From a virus, in IMG/VR virus record IMGVR_UViG_3300029247_000012, positions 1-41,059 of that record: a stretch of DNA of 41,059 bases. One strand, 5' to 3'. A program made the translations under genes and the position numbers. Shown one piece after another: positions 8,302 to 15,567 of the stretch (the stretch's first letter is position 1; each line of letters starts with the position of its first letter). The notes beneath the pieces are model-generated. The model had not been told where the DNA came from, searched no databases, and was given only the letters and a program-made list of their open reading frames with translations.

Positions 8302-8883
8302 ATGGTGAAATCCATGGCAGAATTCGCAACAAACGGCAAGGCGAACGCGGCGCTGACTACCGGCATTATCGGTACGGCGGGCGTCGGTCTGGGACTGCTT
8401 AACGGCGGGCTGAACGGACTTTTCGGCGGCTACCGGAACGGCGGCTGCAACGAAGATCACGTCGTCGACCGCTACGAGGCAGGACAGGCGGCGAGAATCG
8501 CGCAGCTGGAAACCGAAGTCAAGCTGAGGGACGCGAACACGTACACCGACCAGAAAATGCTCGAGATGTACAAATACTTCGACAGCAGGACCCGTGCGCT
8601 TGAGGCGTCCGACGCGGCTCAGGCAGTCACTAATCAGCGCGTCGCTGACAGCTTTGAGGCGGTGCACAACGATATCGTCTGCACTAAGAACGAGCTCTAC
8701 TCGGCAATCCGCAACGAAGCTGAGAAGCGCTGCTGCGGCGACAACTCGATCGTCACCTACGCGAACGCGACATTTTATCCCAAGATGGTCGCGGACGTCA
8801 CGACCGGCACGGCGACCACCGCGCAGAGCACGTACAACCCGATCCCGCAGTGCGGGTGCGGGTGCGGGTGCGGCTGCAACTGA
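8302..8883 (+). CDS. Hypothetical protein with Gly-rich hydrophobic N-terminus, coiled coil and C-terminal CGCGCGCGCN tail
   Basis: ATG 8302 (alternative 8314) lies downstream of the predicted transcription start. ATG 8242 lies upstream of the -10 box and is rejected. Confidence 0.65.
   Translation: MVKSMAEFATNGKANAALTTGIIGTAGVGLGLLNGGLNGLFGGYRNGGCNEDHVVDRYEAGQAARIAQLETEVKLRDANTYTDQKMLEMYKYFDSRTRALEASDAAQAVTNQRVADSFEAVHNDIVCTKNELYSAIRNEAEKRCCGDNSIVTYANATFYPKMVADVTTGTATTAQSTYNPIPQCGCGCGCGCN
8851..8877 (+). repeat. Hexanucleotide tandem repeat (TGCGGG)x3 then TGCGGC TGC, encoding the (Cys-Gly)n C-terminus
   Basis: Read directly at the 3' end of the 8302..8883 gene. Confidence 0.9.
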
Positions 8884-8921
8884 CGGCAGGGGCGGCAACC
8901 GCCGCCCCATGAGGTGATAAA

Positions 8922-9260
8922 ATGGTAACTCTGGCACAGGTGCAGGCGGGTGTTGAGAAGTATCTCGAGACCGAAATACTGTCGAAAATCCCCGGCTGGC
9001 AGAAATGGGTCCTCGGCGCGGCGGCGGCGCGTATGCTGTCGCGGTCGGGAGAAATTTTTAATACATTGAAAAATAACCCCGTCGTCTCGGCGATGGGCGT
9101 CATAGACGAGCAGGATCAAATCGACATCGACGCGGTTTACCGCGAATTCGCGGCTCAGGCACAGCGCGGAGCAGTCACTTTCGACGTGCCGCTTGTCGGC
9201 GCGCTGACTCTGACCGCCGCCGATGTGGACAAGCTTTACGGATATATCATAGGAGGCTAA
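8922..9260 (+). CDS. Hypothetical protein (112 aa)
   Basis: GAGGTGA RBS. Preceded by a perfect 8-bp GC hairpin (8889..8908) with no T-run. Confidence 0.65.
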   Translation: MVTLAQVQAGVEKYLETEILSKIPGWQKWVLGAAAARMLSRSGEIFNTLKNNPVVSAMGVIDEQDQIDIDAVYREFAAQAQRGAVTFDVPLVGALTLTAADVDKLYGYIIGG

Positions 9261-9261
9261 A

Positions 9262-9546
9262 ATGAAAGACGAGGTAATGCGCGGCGTCATCTGGATGACG
9301 ACCGACGGCATCAAGGACGCGGGGATGGCGTACGACTACGCCGAAGACGCGAAAGAAGCAGGAAAGCCCGAACTCGCGGCGCTTTTTATCGAAGACGCGA
9401 AGTACCGGCTCGGGAAGGTCAAAGAGTGGTATGACAGGGCGATGACCATGCACGGAGCTGTCGACGGAGTGACCGACGAGCTGATCGAGTGGCATCGGCA
9501 GGCTTACCGGGAACTGCTGGACAGGGTCATGAAATTCAAGACTTAA
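9262..9546 (+). CDS. Hypothetical helical protein (94 aa)
   Basis: AGGAGG lies 6 nt upstream, and the start is 1 nt after the upstream stop. Confidence 0.65.
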   Translation: MKDEVMRGVIWMTTDGIKDAGMAYDYAEDAKEAGKPELAALFIEDAKYRLGKVKEWYDRAMTMHGAVDGVTDELIEWHRQAYRELLDRVMKFKT

Positions 9547-9551
9547 GCCGG

Positions 9552-9579
9552 AGGAGCGGAAACGCTCCTTTTTTCTTTT
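9552..9579 (+). terminator. Rho-independent terminator
   Basis: Stem AGGAGCG / CGCTCCT with GAAA loop, followed by TTTTTCTTTT. Confidence 0.8.
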
Positions 9580-9605
9580 ACGTTCATAAATCCTTTACAA
9601 ATATT

Positions 9606-9646
9606 ATTTGATGTTTTCTCGAAAACCCCTTGACAAAACATCAAAT
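9606..9646. promoter_or_regulatory. Operator candidate: perfect 12-bp inverted repeat bracketing the -35 box
   Basis: ATTTGATGTTTT (9606..9617) and AAAACATCAAAT (9635..9646) are exact reverse complements. The right arm abuts the -35 hexamer (sharing position 9635) and fills the first 11 nt of the promoter spacer. Confidence 0.6.
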
Positions 9647-9658
9647 CTGTGGTATAAT
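9630..9658 (+). promoter_or_regulatory. Consensus sigma-A promoter of the accessory island
   Basis: TTGACA (9630..9635), 17-bp spacer, and TGg extended -10 TATAAT (9653..9658). Confidence 0.8.
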
Positions 9659-9719
9659 ATATACATCAAAGGGAAAGCGGGAAGCCGATCGGAAAGAACC
9701 GCGGAAAGAGAGAACAAAA

Positions 9720-10064
9720 ATGAAGCTTACAAATGAAATGATCGAAAAGGCAATAGCAGCAATCGAGGCTGACGAAACTCACGAAATCTTCGGAATCCGC
9801 ACTCAGGACGTCCCATTCGTGATGGGCGAAATCGATCACAAGTCGCTCGTCTGGGTCGACGGTGAGATGACCGACGAAGAGCTGGACGGTGTCTGCGCGA
9901 CGGTCATCGATACAAACGATATCGAAAGGTCTCTGAACCGTCACAATCGCGAAGGCTACTACGGCGAACACATCGCGATCCTCGCTGGTGGCTACTCAAT
10001 GTCCGGCGAGGACGCCGGCGAAATCATCATGGAGACCCCCGACGTCATCGCGATCCTCGCGTAA
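9720..10064 (+). CDS. Small acidic hypothetical protein (114 aa)
   Basis: ATG 9720 lies downstream of the predicted transcription start (the ORF-track start at 9630 is the -35 box itself). By my count there are about 25 D/E versus 7 K/R. Confidence 0.65.
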   Translation: MKLTNEMIEKAIAAIEADETHEIFGIRTQDVPFVMGEIDHKSLVWVDGEMTDEELDGVCATVIDTNDIERSLNRHNREGYYGEHIAILAGGYSMSGEDAGEIIMETPDVIAILA

Positions 10065-10069
10065 ATCAA

Positions 10070-10147
10070 CCGCTCCTGAGCCGTCGAGCGCATCGGCGGT
10101 ATCCCAAAAATCAAGCTGACGCACCGGCTACACGGCGAGAAAGAGAA
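10070..10147 (+). repeat. Conserved intergenic leader element, copy A
   Basis: About 85 percent identical to 10487..10564. The shared string is CCGCTCCTGAGCCGTCGAGCG.ATCGGCGG.ATCCCAAAAATCAAGCTG....ACCGGCT..ACGG.GAGAA.GAGA. Confidence 0.85.
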
Positions 10148-10151
10148 AATT

Positions 10152-10481
10152 ATGGAGTACAAAGCAAGATTGACGGTTAGTGAATGGACAAACGGTTCCG
10201 GATGGGACTACGAAAACGATGAGGTCAAAAGCTGGGACATCAGCGAAGGTGCTCTTGACAGCTGGAAGCAGCTGTTCAAAGACCGTGACAGATCACTTTT
10301 CGATTACGTGGTCGACGGTCTCAACGATCGCGACGATGACTACGACGAGGATCCGGACGACGAGGAAGGCGACACCAAGTGGACAATGCAGCTCGTCGAA
10401 ATCGACGACGAGGGCGATGAGAAGGTTCTCGCGTCGGTCTCCTACTGGGGGTCGGAGCTGACACACCGCGACGAAGAGTGA
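10152..10481 (+). CDS. Extremely acidic small hypothetical protein (109 aa)
   Basis: About one third of residues are D/E, including DRDDDYDEDPDDEEGD. Preceded by leader copy A. Confidence 0.65.
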   Translation: MEYKARLTVSEWTNGSGWDYENDEVKSWDISEGALDSWKQLFKDRDRSLFDYVVDGLNDRDDDYDEDPDDEEGDTKWTMQLVEIDDEGDEKVLASVSYWGSELTHRDEE

Positions 10482-10486
10482 AGTCC

Positions 10487-10564
10487 CCGCTCCTGAGCCG
10501 TCGAGCGAATCGGCGGCATCCCAAAAATCAAGCTGTCCTACCGGCTCGACGGGGAGAAGGAGAT
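10487..10564 (+). repeat. Conserved intergenic leader element, copy B
   Basis: See copy A. It contains a perfect 9-bp stem CCGTCGAGC (10498..10506) / GCTCGACGG (10544..10552). CTCCT (10490..10494) is complementary to the AAGGAG SD (10557..10562). Confidence 0.85.
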
Positions 10565-10570
10565 AGAATC

Positions 10571-10924
10571 ATGAAAATCTTAAGCTTCTGGGGCTGGGAG
10601 TCCAACCCATTCGCAAACCCCGATCTCGCAAACAACGGCGGCGGCTACTCGCAGCCGGAGGGTGGCGCACTTGTTGAGCTTGCCAATGGCGAGCTTGTTG
10701 TGGTCGACTACTTCGACCACAATTGCGGCGACTTCGGTCGCGACGCTCACGTCACTGTCGAGCTGCTCGACGGTCGCTCCTGGGGATTTTCCTTCGGGAG
10801 CAACAGCGCAGACGACTTCGGTGAGGTCGCTCCGAGCTTCCGCCATGCCACCGGCGCAGACCTCGGCGAGGTCGCCGATCTGGTCATCGACGCAGTGACC
10901 GCTGCCATGGGCGTAGCTTGCTGA
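10571..10924 (+). CDS. Small acidic hypothetical protein (117 aa)
   Basis: AAGGAG lies 8 nt before ATG 10571. The ORF-track start at 10478 lies in the preceding gene and leader and is rejected. Confidence 0.65.
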   Translation: MKILSFWGWESNPFANPDLANNGGGYSQPEGGALVELANGELVVVDYFDHNCGDFGRDAHVTVELLDGRSWGFSFGSNSADDFGEVAPSFRHATGADLGEVADLVIDAVTAAMGVAC

Positions 10925-10936
10925 GAGGAGCGACAC

Positions 10937-11842
10937 ATGGCAGGAATAATCTCATACAAGCGGCTCTCAAGGCTGCCTCGCGTCGTGCTCGAGGGAACCA
11001 TGCTGCACAAAATCCGGGCGTGGTTTGAAGAAAACCGCCTATCGCCGCTCGTCCCGCCGATTTTTAATCGTTTTGTTATTGAGTACCCGGCGAGTATCAA
11101 ATCCTCCGTGCCGGTAAGCGACGTCCCGCGCTTCCTTGCAAACGGCTTTGAGCGGCTGCGGGACGATGAGCTCGACCAATATGCCGAAATGAAAATCCCG
11201 GCTGAGTACGACCGTCTCGAGCCGCACGAGTGGCTCAAGTGGACGGTGAAAACGGAACTGCTGGTCGAATACGATCCGTCACTGACCAAAGCAATAGTCA
11301 CGGTGTACGATCAAGAAAAGCGACGGTACACCATCGACCTCGATTACGACGACCTCGACACCAAGACCGGCATCTGGCGTGCCGGGGTGACCGCCGACGA
11401 GGCGACCGAGGAAGAAGCGCTCGCAGCCGTGCAAGAGAACCAAGAGCACGCCGAAACGGTCATCCGCGGCATTGTCGCAGTGCAAAGCTACGTACTCTAC
11501 CATCGCTCGGAGCTGATCGCCGCTCCGAAGGTGATCAAAGTGAAGTCAAAGCCCGCCACAGCTGCTACCGGCAAAAAGCAGAAAAGACAATCGCCGGACA
11601 AGACTGCTGTGATGCTCAAACACCGGAAGCGACAAATCATACTGATCCGCGAATCCGATCCTCTCCCGCGCAAAGAGTACAACTACCGCACCCTGGCGTG
11701 GAATGTTCGCGGGCACTACGCCCGACGCGGAGCCGACAAGCATCTGACCTACATCGCGCCGTACATCTGCCGACGCGGAGACGAGAAAAAGAAACCCCGA
11801 GCGGCTGAGTACCGCATCACGGAAGGAGATAAAAAAGAATGA
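10937..11842 (+). CDS. Hypothetical protein (301 aa) with a basic C-terminal region
   Basis: GAGGAG lies 7 nt upstream. No motif was recognised. The C-terminal K/R-rich segment carries WNVRGHYARRG. Confidence 0.7.
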   Translation: MAGIISYKRLSRLPRVVLEGTMLHKIRAWFEENRLSPLVPPIFNRFVIEYPASIKSSVPVSDVPRFLANGFERLRDDELDQYAEMKIPAEYDRLEPHEWLKWTVKTELLVEYDPSLTKAIVTVYDQEKRRYTIDLDYDDLDTKTGIWRAGVTADEATEEEALAAVQENQEHAETVIRGIVAVQSYVLYHRSELIAAPKVIKVKSKPATAATGKKQKRQSPDKTAVMLKHRKRQIILIRESDPLPRKEYNYRTLAWNVRGHYARRGADKHLTYIAPYICRRGDEKKKPRAAEYRITEGDKKE

Positions 11843-12264
11843 AAAAAGTCATTAAAGGCGCCGTCTGCGACACGGAGACAGCGACCAAACTCGGGACGTG
11901 CGACCACGACATCACCAACCGGTTATGTTGGTGGTCAGAAACGCTTTACCGGACAAAATCCGGGAAGTACTTCATCCACGGCGAAGGAGGACCCGGCAGC
12001 CGATATGCCAAAGCCGAAGACGACGGGCACTGGAAGAGCGGAGAGCAGATCGACGTGGTTTCCCGCGAAGCCGCTGAAGGGTGGGCGGAGGAGCATCTGG
12101 ACGGAGACGGATATATCGCCGCCTTCGGCGTGCCGGATGAAGTGCCGCGGATCACCGTCGCACTGACTCCGGAGAACCGGAAGAAGCTCGAAGGTGTTCG
12201 GGCGGAGAACGGAATGACGTTCGTTGAAATCATCAACGACGCGATTAAAGCATATAAGAAATAA
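11839..12264 (+). CDS. Hypothetical protein with C-terminal ribbon-helix-helix-like domain (141 aa)
   Basis: The ATGA start overlaps the upstream stop. The C-terminal ~40 aa (ITVALTPENRKKLEGVRAENGMTFVEIINDAIKAYKK) fit the CopG/RHH strand-helix-helix pattern. The N-terminal domain is seen by eye in other mobile-element proteins. Confidence 0.65.
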   Translation: MKKVIKGAVCDTETATKLGTCDHDITNRLCWWSETLYRTKSGKYFIHGEGGPGSRYAKAEDDGHWKSGEQIDVVSREAAEGWAEEHLDGDGYIAAFGVPDEVPRITVALTPENRKKLEGVRAENGMTFVEIINDAIKAYKK

Positions 12265-12274
12265 GGAGAATATC

Positions 12275-12613
12275 ATGAAAAATTATCGTACTTACGAAAA
12301 ACAATTCATCGGGGAAAGCAACTGTGCGGCTCTGGTCGCGGTCGGCATGAAGCCCGAAGCGGAACGGGCGGAAGGTGCTCACTGGATGAAAACTCAGCCG
12401 ATTGCATTCGGCGAAGATGGCGCATATATGGCGCGTGTCGTCGACGAAGAGTGTGAAATCCCGAGCCATTACAAGCTCGAAGCCACCTTCGCACACTGGC
12501 TGAAAATATATGACGACAACGAGATGGCTTTCAGCGCCCGCGCGAAGGAAATTCGCATTTATCAGGCGGGATCAATGGGGACAATCATTCAGCTAATCGG
12601 AGCGCGTGAATGA
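12275..12613 (+). CDS. Hypothetical protein (112 aa)
   Basis: AAGGAG lies 7 nt before ATG 12275. This is the last gene of the island. Confidence 0.65.
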   Translation: MKNYRTYEKQFIGESNCAALVAVGMKPEAERAEGAHWMKTQPIAFGEDGAYMARVVDEECEIPSHYKLEATFAHWLKIYDDNEMAFSARAKEIRIYQAGSMGTIIQLIGARE

Positions 12614-12618
12614 GTAAC

Positions 12619-12648
12619 AAAAAACCGAGGGGCTATCCCCTCGGTTTT
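12619..12648. terminator. Bidirectional terminator between the accessory island and the integrase (also an attP candidate)
   Basis: AAAAAA, stem CCGAGGGG / CCCCTCGG with loop CTAT, then TTTT. It lies between convergent genes. Confidence 0.75.
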
Positions 12649-12650
12649 CG

Positions 12651-14186
12651 TTATTTTGTCGCAAGCGAGACCATAAAGATGATATATGGTGTTCGCCTGA
12701 GACCGATGTGGTGGGGCAAATCGGAGCTCAGGCGAACACCGTCGCCCTCGCTCTCGATCTCGCCGAGGTCGTCCAGCGTGACGTCGACCTCGTTTTTGCC
12801 GCTGCCGAGCGGATCGAAGATCACCTTCAGCCGGTCATCGAAGACGAAGACCTTGACCAGGAAGGTCTGGAAAAGCTGCGCTCGGTACTTTTTGTCCTCG
12901 ATGTCCCCGCCGCGGAAACTCTTCAGGTATCCGACCACCTGATCCCGCGTCACGTCTATCTGACTCGTCGTCAGCATCGCCAGCTGCTCCGTGATCCTCG
13001 TGTTTTCCGCCTCGAGCTCCATCAGCCGCGCCTTCGTCGATTCCGTAAAAATCCCCGCCTCAATCGCCGCGAGGATATTTTTTATCGCCTTCGCGTTCTC
13101 CGCCTTTTCCGCCTCGAGCATCTTTATCTCCGGCTGGTCCTTATGCTGACGCTGAAACGCCATCACCTCGTCCGCGATCTGGTCGATGATCTTGTCACTC
13201 ATGATCCGCTCCGCGAGTGCCTTCGCGACCGCGTCCTCGATCTGACGCCGACCGACGTGCTCTTTGTCGCAGCCGGTTCCCGTCTTCCGACCGGCACACG
13301 CATAGTAATGATAAACCGTGCCCGCTCGACCCGTGCCGCACACGCCGGTCATCGCGTGTCCGCATTTTCCGCAGTACAGTTTGCCCGTCAGCTGATAATC
13401 AGCCGAGGGGCTTATTTTTTTTCGCTTCATCGCCATCATCGCCTCCGTGTAAAGCTGTCTGTCTAAAATCGGCGGCATCCCGCCCTCAGTGCGGACGCCG
13501 TCGAAAATATAAATTCCGAGATATCGCTCATTTCCGAGGATTGCGCCGTAACTGCTCCGCCCCCACTTGCCGCCGGTCCGGGTCTTCAGCCCGCGGGCGT
13601 TAAGATCCATCGATATCGACGCGATGGTCTCTCCTGACGCTACTCGCGTGTATATCTCGCGCACGATCTGCGCCCGGGGCTCGTCGATCTCAAAGCGACC
13701 GTCCGCGCCGGACTGATAACCGAAAGGCGCAGGACCGTTTGATTTACAGCTCTGCGCGTTGTCCGCCTGCGTCCGCTTGATGTCCTCGCCGAGATTTTCC
13801 GAGTAGAACTGGTTCACGGACATCATCGTCCGGAGCGCGAAGCGACCGGCGGCTGTGTTGCCGAACTCTTCCTTCGCGTACAGGACGTTGACCTCGTTTT
13901 TAGTCATCTCGACTTCAAAATTTAACGCGTTCAACATATTTCGCGCAATTCTGCTCGATTTATATGCTATAATTGTATCAAAGATTTTTTTACCGGCGTC
14001 CCGGCGCAGGCGCTGAAACTGCGGGCGGCGGTCTGAGCGACCGCTTATCGCCGCGTCGGCGTAAACGTCAATGACCGTCAAGCCGTTCGCCGCCGCGAAA
14101 GCCCGGCACTCCGCGACCTGCTGCTCTATCGACTCCTCGCGCTGATTGTGCGATGAAAAACGGGCATATATTACGGCTCTGCTCAT
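12651..14186 (-). CDS. int: Large serine recombinase (phage integrase), 511 aa
   Basis: The N-terminal resolvase motif VIYARFSSHNQ carries the catalytic Ser. A recombinase domain, the zinc ribbon CGKCGH...YYAC and a C-terminal coiled coil follow. Confidence 0.92.
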   Translation of the reverse strand: MSRAVIYARFSSHNQREESIEQQVAECRAFAAANGLTVIDVYADAAISGRSDRRPQFQRLRRDAGKKIFDTIIAYKSSRIARNMLNALNFEVEMTKNEVNVLYAKEEFGNTAAGRFALRTMMSVNQFYSENLGEDIKRTQADNAQSCKSNGPAPFGYQSGADGRFEIDEPRAQIVREIYTRVASGETIASISMDLNARGLKTRTGGKWGRSSYGAILGNERYLGIYIFDGVRTEGGMPPILDRQLYTEAMMAMKRKKISPSADYQLTGKLYCGKCGHAMTGVCGTGRAGTVYHYYACAGRKTGTGCDKEHVGRRQIEDAVAKALAERIMSDKIIDQIADEVMAFQRQHKDQPEIKMLEAEKAENAKAIKNILAAIEAGIFTESTKARLMELEAENTRITEQLAMLTTSQIDVTRDQVVGYLKSFRGGDIEDKKYRAQLFQTFLVKVFVFDDRLKVIFDPLGSGKNEVDVTLDDLGEIESEGDGVRLSSDLPHHIGLRRTPYIIFMVSLATK

Positions 14187-14189
14187 TGC

Positions 14190-14930
14190 TCAAAACTGCA
14201 TCTGCATGCCGGGATACGCAATAACATCATAGTGGTCGATATCCGCAAGTGCGACCTTGTTCGCGTCGCCGATATTTGACGTCTTAAACGTCCCCTTCGC
14301 GCCCGCCACGATCTCATCGGTATATGTCTTCATCACGCCGAGGACTTTTCCGTCGGCGTCATACATAATCACCGCGACCTCGATCATGCTCTGGTCCTCT
14401 ACGTCGATGTTCTCGACGCGCCCGACCACCTCGAGCGTCCCCATGACGTCATCCTCGCTGAACGAAACATCACTGACCGGGTAGCGCATGTTCGGGATTT
14501 TCGCCTCGACCGCCTTATAGGTCGGGACGACTTTATAGTCTCCCTCCGCCGAAACCGTCTGCTCGCCGTAGATGACCGCCGTCTCGCCCGGCGACAGCAC
14601 CGTCGGCGTCACAGCCGGCAGCGTCATCGCGTCGACGAGCTTACCGTCCGACGTCTCAATGTCCATGTTGATGTTTGACAAATACAGATCGCAATTGCCG
14701 GTATTTTTGACCGTCGCGATTCCGACCACCCACACCGTGCCGATAGAATTCGTAAACACCTTCGTCGTCACGTCGGTCAGCTCCGACGCCGCTTCGCTCT
14801 TTTCAGCCGTCGTCCCTTCCTTGCCGTCCCACGATCCAGTGCCGACCGCAATGTCGGAGGACGCGCAGCCGGTCGCCGCGAGCATCGCAAGCAGCAGCAC
14901 CGCGGTCACAGTTTTTTTCATCATCATCAT
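14190..14930 (-). CDS. Secreted lipoprotein with two tandem beta-rich domains (superinfection-exclusion candidate)
   Basis: GGGAGAGG RBS precedes the MMMMKK start at 14930. The signal peptide has lipobox LAATGC. Two similar ~90-aa segments follow. The longer ORF-track start has no RBS and is rejected. Confidence 0.8.
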   Translation of the reverse strand: MMMMKKTVTAVLLLAMLAATGCASSDIAVGTGSWDGKEGTTAEKSEAASELTDVTTKVFTNSIGTVWVVGIATVKNTGNCDLYLSNINMDIETSDGKLVDAMTLPAVTPTVLSPGETAVIYGEQTVSAEGDYKVVPTYKAVEAKIPNMRYPVSDVSFSEDDVMGTLEVVGRVENIDVEDQSMIEVAVIMYDADGKVLGVMKTYTDEIVAGAKGTFKTSNIGDANKVALADIDHYDVIAYPGMQMQF

Positions 14931-14971
14931 AAAGCCTCTCCCTTTTAGAGTTTTTTCAGCCCCTCGCCGCG

Positions 14972-15442
14972 TCAGCCGCGAAGCCATCCCACCGACGGGT
15001 TTACCACGTCGATCGTCAGCCACGCACACATCAGCGCCACCAAAGCCACAACAAACACCATCACCCGGTGCTTCTCCTGCCGCTCCCGGTATAAAAGCGT
15101 CCGCAAGTCAGTGATCCTCTGGGTCAGCATCTCGATCTGCGCCACATATGACGCTATCAACCGCTGCGTCGACACATCCATGTCGGCGTCGGGGCTCGTC
15201 GTCTGGTCATCACCGCTCGCGTCCGGCTCGTCGTCATGATCCGGCTGCGCCGTCAGCCACTGCATCGGCACATCCAGCGCGTCCGCCACCAACGTCAAAG
15301 TCATCCCGCTCGTCGACTCCCCGCGCATAAGGCGCTTGATAGTCCCTTCGGAAACTCCCGCCGCGTCAGCAAGCCGCGCGTTCGTCAGTCCCTTCTCGTC
15401 CATCTTCGCGCGCAGCCGCGCCGGATCGACCGTGATGCTCAT
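14972..15442 (-). CDS. Membrane-anchored XRE-family HTH regulator (156 aa)
   Basis: N-terminal HTH (LTNARLADAAGVSEGTIKRLMRG), an acidic linker, a coiled coil, and one C-terminal TM helix (VMVFVVALVALMCAWLTI). Confidence 0.8.
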   Translation of the reverse strand: MSITVDPARLRAKMDEKGLTNARLADAAGVSEGTIKRLMRGESTSGMTLTLVADALDVPMQWLTAQPDHDDEPDASGDDQTTSPDADMDVSTQRLIASYVAQIEMLTQRITDLRTLLYRERQEKHRVMVFVVALVALMCAWLTIDVVNPSVGWLRG

Positions 15443-15507
15443 ATATGATCTGCCCCTTTTTGACCGAGATTGCCCTCTTTTTTACCCCAAATGTCCCGCT
15501 TTTGCCC

Positions 15508-15536
15508 TTGCGGTTTTGGCTGATGTGCTGTATAAT
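15508..15536 (+). promoter_or_regulatory. Rightward promoter candidate facing the lysogeny-operon promoter
   Basis: TTGCGG (15508..15513), 17-bp spacer, TATAAT (15531..15536). Confidence 0.5.
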
Positions 15537-15567
15537 AAACTTAAACACAGCGAAAGCCTGTATCTAT

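Noticed and set aside
10070-10564. Integron attC-like sites flanking gene cassettes
   Set aside because: There are no RYYYAAC/GTTRRRY core sites at the element ends, no integron integrase, and the elements sit upstream of the genes including their ribosome-binding sites. They are kept as a leader or RNA element instead.
12610-12942. 110-aa + strand ORF starting in the island terminator. Also 12708..13466 and 13217..13603.
   Set aside because: They are antisense to the serine integrase, begin inside or after a terminator, and give Ser/Arg-rich shadow translations.
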